Of a stretch of DNA of 63,062 nucleotides, positions 57,414 to 63,062 are shown in pieces (within the stretch, counting starts at the first letter, position 1; each line of letters begins with the position of its first letter). The notes below the pieces were generated by a model that ran no database searches, was not told where the DNA came from, and was given only the letters and a program-made list of their open reading frames with translations. The stretch spans positions 1 through 63,062 of the forward strand of contig JAGCJL010000036.1 of assembly GCA_017647975.1 (NCBI GenBank), given 5' to 3'. The stretch comes from Bacteroidaceae bacterium. Lineage in GTDB: Bacteria; Bacteroidota; Bacteroidia; Bacteroidales; Bacteroidaceae. Made by a program: the position numbers and the translations under genes.

Positions 57414-57725
57414 ATGGAAAAAATAGATTTGGAACAGAGTATTGTTGAGGTGATAAAGACTGTATATGATCCTGAAATACCGGTAAATATATATGATTTA
57501 GGTCTTATATACCGCATTGAGGTTGGTGAAGAAGGTGATGTTGAGATAGATATGACATTGACAGCACCCAACTGCCCGGCAGCCGATTTTATGATGGAAG
57601 ATGTCAGAATGAAGGTTGAGGCTATAGCCGGTGTCAAGTCATTGAATCTAAATCTTGTATTTGAACCCGAGTGGAGCTATGACCTCATGACCGAAGAGGC
57701 TAAACTTGAACTTGGTTTGCTATGA
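57414..57725 (+). CDS. DUF59/MIP18-family Fe-S cluster assembly protein (SufT-like)
   Basis: 103 aa with the pattern V.DPE.P.NI.DLGL........V.I.MTLT.P.CP. Confidence 0.85.
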   Translation: MEKIDLEQSIVEVIKTVYDPEIPVNIYDLGLIYRIEVGEEGDVEIDMTLTAPNCPAADFMMEDVRMKVEAIAGVKSLNLNLVFEPEWSYDLMTEEAKLELGLL

Positions 57726-58477
57726 AAAAAGTATATATCCTTTCCGATGCACATTTAGGTTCGTGGGCGATAGAACACCGTCGTACACACGAACGTCGTC
57801 TTGTCTCTTTTCTCAATAAGATAAAGAGTGATGCATCGGCGGTATATTTCCTTGGTGATATGTTTGATTTCTGGTATGAGTTCAAGTATGCCGTACCAAA
57901 AGGTTTTACACGCTTCTTGGGTAAGGTCTCAGAACTTACCGACAGTGGAATCGAAGTACATTTCTTTACAGGAAACCATGATATGTGGTGTCTTGACTAC
58001 TTTGAAAAGGAGTGTGGCATGACAATACATCGCGAGCCCTGTTTAGTTGAACTGTATGGCAAGGAGGTTTATCTTGCTCATGGCGATGAGTTCTCAACAG
58101 AGAAGGCTTTTGGAATTCTCAGGGCAATATTCCATAACCGCTTTTTGCAACGTATGTTCTCTATGGTTCACCCTCGTTGGAGTTTGTGGGCCGGTCATGC
58201 TTGGGCACGTCACAGTATGATAAAACATAAGGTGAAAGGTGATACTCCGTTCCTTGGTGCCGATAACGAAGATTGTGTGAGGTTTGCCAATAAATATCTG
58301 CAGAACCATCCCTCTGTCGATTGTTTTGTTTTCGGACACCGTCATATAGACGTTGATTTGCCTCTTGGCGAAAACTCACGTTGTATATTCCTCGGTGATT
58401 GGATTTCTAATTTTGCCTATGTGGTGATTGATGGAAATACGATAGAAATCAAACATTATGTCGAAGGTGAAAAATAA
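57722..58477 (+). CDS. lpxH: UDP-2,3-diacylglucosamine diphosphatase
   Basis: 251 aa calcineurin-like phosphoesterase with LpxH motifs (ILSDAHLG, LGDMFDFW, GNHD, HGD). Confidence 0.85.
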   Translation: MKKVYILSDAHLGSWAIEHRRTHERRLVSFLNKIKSDASAVYFLGDMFDFWYEFKYAVPKGFTRFLGKVSELTDSGIEVHFFTGNHDMWCLDYFEKECGMTIHREPCLVELYGKEVYLAHGDEFSTEKAFGILRAIFHNRFLQRMFSMVHPRWSLWAGHAWARHSMIKHKVKGDTPFLGADNEDCVRFANKYLQNHPSVDCFVFGHRHIDVDLPLGENSRCIFLGDWISNFAYVVIDGNTIEIKHYVEGEK

Positions 58478-58504
58478 TGGGCTGTAAAATTACAGCCCAT
58501 TATT
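58473..58504. terminator. Bidirectional terminator between convergent lpxH and the TolC-like gene
   Basis: Palindrome aataatgggctgta...tacagcccattatt filling the whole gap between the two stop codons. Confidence 0.75.
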
Positions 58505-59734
58505 TTATTCTTGTTCAATTCCGAATCCTGTGACATGTTGCAGTTCTACCCATGCTGCAGCCTTGTCAAAAAGAGCGTCTATATACTGCTGACGCATCTC
58601 ATTCTCGTTGCGTTCTACAATAAGATAATCCAGGAACGATATTTCTCCCAACTCGTATGCCTTTCTTTTGTTTTCCACAACACGTTCCATATCACTTAGC
58701 ATCTCTGTCGAGAATGTCTCGGCTTGCTTTGCCGAGTATTTAAAGTCGCTGTACGCCTGCATCACTTCGGTTTCAACCAATAGGCGTGCCTCTTCGGCCT
58801 CAATATTGGCCTGCTTAAGTAAAGTCTCATCAATCATGCGTGTGCCTTTGTTGAGGCTTGAGAACTTGAGCGGAATGGCTATGCCGGCTTTTAGCGTGGT
58901 GAAGTCAGGATTGCTGAAATTATATGTGGCACCAAGGTTTACATTCAATTCGGGACGTCGCTGTGCCTTGTTGAATTTGAGTCTTGCCTCGGCAATATCA
59001 GCCTGGCTGAGTGCCACCACAATGTCGGGGCGGTGCTGTATGGCTGTTCTTATATATTCACTTAGTGGTGCCGGTTCACCGCTTATTTCCAAAGTACCGG
59101 TTCCTCTCAATGTCTCGGCACGTGTGATATCCCCCATGAAATATCCCAACATTATGGCAGTTTTGGTTCTAAGAGCTTCGGCTTCAAGCATGGCGTTTCG
59201 GGCAATACCCTGTGCCATACGGCTCTCTAACCAGTTACTTTCAGCAATGTCGCCTTTGTGAAAACGTATGCTGTCGTTATTTGCCACCTCGGTGATATCG
59301 TTGTACATCTCCGTTGTCTCCTGTAGCATCATGTTCGCACGTATATGTTCAAGATAAGCGATTGTGGCATTGGTGCGGAAGTTGCGTATATACTCCTCGA
59401 GCAGTGCCAATGTCTGGCGTCGTTCCTTGTCGGCAACATCCATGCGTCCCTGACGCACGCCAAATGTAAAACTTTTACTTAGCTCGAATTCGATACCTTG
59501 TCCAAGTTCCTTTGACCAGTCTTCGTTGTTGGTATATGAGACTGCAAGAGTAGGGTCATTGTATATTTTTGCACTTTTTACACTCGCCTCGGCAATGTCA
59601 ATATCAAGTTTCTTGGCTGTAAGTGCAATGTTATTGCCAAATACACGCTCCATGTACTCCTTGTATGAAATCTCTTGTGCCGTAGCCTGTAGCATCAAAA
59701 GAATGATTCCAGTAAGAATATATACTCTTTTCAT
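58505..59734 (-). CDS. TolC/CzcC-like outer-membrane efflux protein (no adjacent pump genes)
   Basis: 409 aa with a signal peptide and two OEP-type repeats. A TAtcTTTG -7 box lies at 59747-59754. Confidence 0.75.
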   Translation of the reverse strand: MKRVYILTGIILLMLQATAQEISYKEYMERVFGNNIALTAKKLDIDIAEASVKSAKIYNDPTLAVSYTNNEDWSKELGQGIEFELSKSFTFGVRQGRMDVADKERRQTLALLEEYIRNFRTNATIAYLEHIRANMMLQETTEMYNDITEVANNDSIRFHKGDIAESNWLESRMAQGIARNAMLEAEALRTKTAIMLGYFMGDITRAETLRGTGTLEISGEPAPLSEYIRTAIQHRPDIVVALSQADIAEARLKFNKAQRRPELNVNLGATYNFSNPDFTTLKAGIAIPLKFSSLNKGTRMIDETLLKQANIEAEEARLLVETEVMQAYSDFKYSAKQAETFSTEMLSDMERVVENKRKAYELGEISFLDYLIVERNENEMRQQYIDALFDKAAAWVELQHVTGFGIEQE

Positions 59735-59807
59735 CGTTTTTTATTGCAAAGATATGACGTTCTTATATTATGTAAAATAGTCATTATTGACCAAAAACAC
59801 TCCCTTG

Positions 59808-61316
59808 TTAGTCCTGTACGAAAATACCCTTTTTCTTGGCAAGTTCAATGACATATGCAAGGGCCGGTTCGTGTTCGTTAGGAATTATTCCGTCAAGAAT
59901 TGCATCCTTTACAGCACTCTTTAATTCACCTACAGCAGCACAAGGGCCCAAGTTGAATATCCTCATTATCTCTTCTCCGTTCACCGGTGGCTGGAAATTG
60001 CGTATTCGGTCTTTCTCTTCAATATCTTTCAGTTTCTGACGCACTGTCTGGAAGTTCTGTAAAAACTGTTTCTTACGTACTTCGTTCTTTGATGTGATGT
60101 CGGCTTCGCACAAAGTCATCAAATCATCTATGTCATCTCCTGCATCAAATAGCAGACGGCGTACAGCAGAATCCGTTACCTCATCATCGGCAATGGCAAT
60201 GGGACGCATGTGTAACGAAACAAGTTTTGCCACATATTTCATCTTTTCATTTTGTGGCATCTTATAGTCACGGAACAGACGAAGTACCATCTTTTCGCCC
60301 ACGATGTTATGATTGTGGAAAGTCCACTTCATTACAGGGTCCCAGCGTTTGGTCTTGGGCTTGCCAATGTCGTGAAGCAGTGCCGCCCAACGTAACCACA
60401 GGTTGTCGGTTTTTTGTGCAATGTTGTCAAGCACTTCAAGAGTGTGGTAGAACATCTCTTTGTGGCTGTAACCATTCTTTGTCTCCACACCCTGCATTGC
60501 AGTGAGTTGTGGGAAAATGATTTCGAGCAAACCGCAACGGTCAAGTTCAATAAAACCTTTGGAAGGAGTTTTGGACAACATTATTTTGTTTAACTCGTCG
60601 TTGATACGCTCGCGTGAGATAATTCTGATTCTCTCCTTGTTTTCGCAAAGAGCCTCAAATGTCTCATCCTCAATGTAGAAATTAAGTTGTGTGGCAAAAC
60701 GTATGCAACGCATCATGCGTAGAGGGTCATCGCTGAATGTTATTCCAGGCTCGAGCGGTGTGCTTATTATGCGGTCCTCCAGGTCGAGCATGCCGTCGAA
60801 CGGGTCAACAAGTTCTCCGAACCTGTCGCCATTGAGGCATATAGCCATTGCGTTTATGGTAAAATCTCTACGGTTCTGGTCATCTTCGAGTGTACCGTCC
60901 TCAACAATAGGGTTACGTGAGTCACGGTTGTAACTCTCCTTACGTGCCCCTACAAACTCAATTTCGTGGCCTCTGTATTTAACCTGTGCCGTACCGTAGT
61001 TGGCAAAAACCGAAATGTGTGCCCCTTTTCCTAAATTCTTGCTGAAAGCTTTTGCCATTTCAATACCTTTGCCCACAACGACAACGTCAATGTCGGTCGA
61101 TGGGCGTTCAAGGAATATATCGCGTACATATCCGCCCACCACATAACATTCCAGTCCCAAACTGTCGGCAGTCTCCGAAATCTTACGGAAAATTGGCGTG
61201 TCAAGCAGTTGGCATAACTCTTCTCTTGTAGGCTTGTACATATATTGTTTTATGTTTTGTTGTTTTTGAGGCTTCGAAGATAGTAAAAAACACGGGATAA
61301 TAGAAATGTAATTCAT
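59808..61316 (-). CDS. cca: CCA-adding enzyme / poly(A) polymerase-family tRNA nucleotidyltransferase with HD domain
   Basis: Nucleotidyltransferase head (VVGGYVRDIFLERPSTDIDVVV) and HD region (LLHDIGKP). The real start is probably Met26 of the ORF (MYKPTREELCQLL, near 61240). Confidence 0.85.
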   Translation of the reverse strand: MNYISIIPCFLLSSKPQKQQNIKQYMYKPTREELCQLLDTPIFRKISETADSLGLECYVVGGYVRDIFLERPSTDIDVVVVGKGIEMAKAFSKNLGKGAHISVFANYGTAQVKYRGHEIEFVGARKESYNRDSRNPIVEDGTLEDDQNRRDFTINAMAICLNGDRFGELVDPFDGMLDLEDRIISTPLEPGITFSDDPLRMMRCIRFATQLNFYIEDETFEALCENKERIRIISRERINDELNKIMLSKTPSKGFIELDRCGLLEIIFPQLTAMQGVETKNGYSHKEMFYHTLEVLDNIAQKTDNLWLRWAALLHDIGKPKTKRWDPVMKWTFHNHNIVGEKMVLRLFRDYKMPQNEKMKYVAKLVSLHMRPIAIADDEVTDSAVRRLLFDAGDDIDDLMTLCEADITSKNEVRKKQFLQNFQTVRQKLKDIEEKDRIRNFQPPVNGEEIMRIFNLGPCAAVGELKSAVKDAILDGIIPNEHEPALAYVIELAKKKGIFVQD

Positions 61317-61377
61317 TAAAACGGTTCTTTTTAGTGCAAAATCGTCATCTAAATAGTACTTGTTCGGTAAATAATTC

Positions 61378-61385
61378 TAATTTTG
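61378..61385 (+). promoter_or_regulatory. -7 box TAatTTTG for the lipoprotein-LRR operon
   Basis: TAnnTTTG match 34 nt upstream of the ATG at 61419. Confidence 0.5.
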
Positions 61386-61418
61386 CAAAATATTAAGAAT
61401 ATATTATAATATATTATT

Positions 61419-62279
61419 ATGAAAAAGATACAATTTATACCGTTATTCCTCTTTTTGGCGTTTATACTCTCTTCGTGTGAAAAATCAGTCGAAGAACCGG
61501 CAAGAATCTTGCTGGATAAGGCACAAACACTTTACGAGGCAGGTAACTATAATAGTGCAAAACAGACAATAGATAGCATGGGAATATCATTCCCCAAGGC
61601 ATATAAGACACGTCGCGAAGGCGAGATACTGCGTCGCCGAATAATGCTTGATGAGAAACAACGCGATGTGGAATATTTCACAGCTCTTTACGATAGCCTT
61701 GCTGTTCAACGTGACGAAATGGTTAAGTCATTTACTTTGAACAAGAACTCAAAGTATCAAGATGAGGGGTTCTACTTTGTTCCATCACAGTCTTTGGGTG
61801 CAAACCCCTTCAACAACTTCCTGCGTGCCATAGTAAAGGAAAGTGGCGATGCCTATATAATGTCATATTATCGCGGTAATAAAATAGGGTATAATACGGT
61901 AAAAGTTTCTTCGGGCGATAGCTTTGTTATTTGCGATGCTCCATTCTTGTCAAGATCCTATAAGGAATATGGCGTTTATAACGAACGTCGTGACTACAAG
62001 TATGGCAATGATGGCGGCATTATGGATTTTATTGCTGTTGCCGACGGTCCTTTGAGAGTAGAACTTCTTGGCGGAACCGAAAAGTGTAGATACACCTTGC
62101 GTAACGAAGATGCCATTGCTGTACGACGCATTTTGGAACTCTCAAAACTGTTGAAAGCTGTAAACGAGGCAGCGGCTATGCGTGATGAAGCCCAACGTGC
62201 CCTTGATTTTCTCTTGAAAAGCCAGGAACGCTCAAAGCAATTGGAAGAAAAGGAAATACAAAATAAGATAAAACCATGA
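61419..62279 (+). CDS. Hypothetical lipoprotein
   Basis: 286 aa with a lipobox (FILSSCEK) and a C-terminal coiled-coil-like tail. I recognise no domain. Its stop overlaps the ATG of the next gene (ATGA). Confidence 0.7.
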   Translation: MKKIQFIPLFLFLAFILSSCEKSVEEPARILLDKAQTLYEAGNYNSAKQTIDSMGISFPKAYKTRREGEILRRRIMLDEKQRDVEYFTALYDSLAVQRDEMVKSFTLNKNSKYQDEGFYFVPSQSLGANPFNNFLRAIVKESGDAYIMSYYRGNKIGYNTVKVSSGDSFVICDAPFLSRSYKEYGVYNERRDYKYGNDGGIMDFIAVADGPLRVELLGGTEKCRYTLRNEDAIAVRRILELSKLLKAVNEAAAMRDEAQRALDFLLKSQERSKQLEEKEIQNKIKP

Positions 62280-63062
62280 AACGCATTAAACATCTATTTA
62301 CAGCACTGTTGTTGCTGTTTTGTACGGTTGTCAACGCTCACGACTTTGAGGTGAACGGTATCTACTACAACATCACCGATGAAACAAACAAAACAGTAGG
62401 GGTGACCTGTAGAGGACGTTACGATAGTGAATACTCCAACGAATACACCGGCAAGGTGGTAATTCCCGAGAGTGTTGCATATAACGGCAAGGCCTACAGC
62501 GTTACAAGTATTGGAGAACAGGCGTTCTCTAGTTGCCCCCTTCTTACCAGCATTGAAATCCCTAATAGCGTTACAAGCATTGGAGAGACTGCGTTCCGGT
62601 ATTGCTCCGGTCTTACAAGCATAACAATCCCCAACAGCGTAACAAGCATTGGAGATGATGCGTTCTATGATTGCTCGGGGCTTACAAGAGTTACTATCCC
62701 CAACAGCGTAACAAGCATTGGAAATTCTGCGTTCTGGTATTGCTCCGGTCTTACAAGCATAACAATCCCTAACAGCGTTAAAAGCATTGGAAGTTTTGCG
62801 TTCGAATATTGCTCCGGGCTTACAAGCATTGAAATCCCTAACAGCGTTACAAGCATTGGAAGGAATGCGTTCGTTGCTTGCACCGGTCTTACCAGCGTTG
62901 TAATCGGCAACAGCGTTACAAGCATTGGACTTTGGGCGTTCGATAGATGCTCCGAGCTTAAAGCTGTGCATATCAGCGACCTTTCAGCGTGGTGCAGAAT
63001 AGATTTCAGTGTTGATTCTTCTAACCCCTTATATTATGCCCATAACCTATATTTAAATGGAG
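62276..63062 (+). CDS. BspA-like leucine-rich-repeat surface protein, 3' truncated by the window edge
   Basis: Hand translation of the plus strand gives a signal peptide (MKRIKHLFTALLLLFCTVVNA), then HDFEVNGIYYNI, then seven or more 23-aa LRR_5-type repeats (IPNSVTSIGxxAFxxCSGLTSIx). No stop occurs before the window ends. It is absent from the ORF track only because it is open-ended. Confidence 0.85.
   Translation, partial: MKRIKHLFTALLLLFCTVVNAHDFEVNGIYYNITDETNKTVGVTCRGRYDSEYSNEYTGKVVIPESVAYNGKAYSVTSIGEQAFSSCPLLTSIEIPNSVTSIGETAFRYCSGLTSITIPNSVTSIGDDAFYDCSGLTRVTIPNSVTSIGNSAFWYCSGLTSITIPNSVKSIGSFAFEYCSGLTSIEIPNSVTSIGRNAFVACTGLTSVVIGNSVTSIGLWAFDRCSELKAVHISDLSAWCRIDFSVDSSNPLYYAHNLYLNG
62501..62965 (+). 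repeat. Tandem ~69-bp coding repeats (LRR units)
   Basis: Near-identical units such as cttacaagcat(a/t)(a/g)aaatccc(t/c)aacagcgttacaagcattgga recur about seven times in phase. Confidence 0.85.

Noticed and set aside
62294-62971. 225-aa minus-strand ORF in the track (repetitive ...SNACNAV...GA..ER... sequence)
   Set aside because: It is the stop-free mirror image of the 69-bp LRR repeats. The plus strand gives a signal peptide, canonical BspA/LRR_5 repeats and an ATGA coupling to the upstream gene, so the plus-strand open-ended CDS is the real one.
1-63062. CRISPR arrays, transposases, integrases, phage or toxin-antitoxin/defence modules
   Set aside because: I looked for regularly spaced direct repeats, IS-like inverted repeats flanking ORFs, and characteristic protein motifs on both strands. 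None were found. The only tandem repeats are the in-frame LRR units.

Overview
The window looks like a largely housekeeping chromosomal segment of a Bacteroidales bacterium, probably Prevotella-like. Evidence for that placement: TAnnTTTG -7 promoter boxes, a SusC/SusD pair, T9SS C-terminal sorting domains, a BspA-type LRR protein and near-absent Shine-Dalgarno use. I count about 53 protein genes and one tRNA-Gln(UUG).

Gene content, left to right:
- nqrABCDEF (Na+-translocating NADH:quinone reductase).
- A minus-strand block: TonB-C protein, metY, htrA, zupT.
- purL, a split chrA pair, and a Gate-domain transporter-mtnN-luxS operon.
- tRNA-Gln.
- A long co-directional minus-strand gene train, typA -> TlpA-like -> comM -> eptA-like -> LOG -> DUF4271 -> hemD-like -> rnpA -> yidD -> tatD. 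A separately promoted four-gene operon follows it: fdtA, an acyltransferase, fdtB and a T9SS cargo protein.
- rpsO and nhaC.
- A minimal PUL: susC, susD and a GH85 endo-beta-N-acetylglucosaminidase carrying a T9SS sorting domain.
- korAB.
- An RND efflux operon that also carries a TonB-dependent-type barrel.
- An efp-GT2-radC-DUF59-lpxH operon.
- An orphan TolC-like gene, cca, a lipoprotein, and a 3'-truncated BspA-like LRR gene.

I saw no CRISPR array, integrase, transposase, phage or recognisable defence genes, and no recognisable transcription factor anywhere in the window.

Nothing here is a clear-cut new system. The observations most worth a second look are:
1. A rubredoxin-type Cys4 module fused to the cytoplasmic N-terminus of NqrC.
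2. A consensus promoter, a GC-rich island and an unusually long perfect palindrome in the spacer upstream of nqr, which may be a small RNA or a regulatory leader.
3. The translationally coupled fdtA / FemAB-GNAT-like acyltransferase / fdtB / T9SS-cargo operon.
4. The regulator-less susCD-GH85(T9SS) locus.

All family assignments come from reading motifs by eye. No database search was run.
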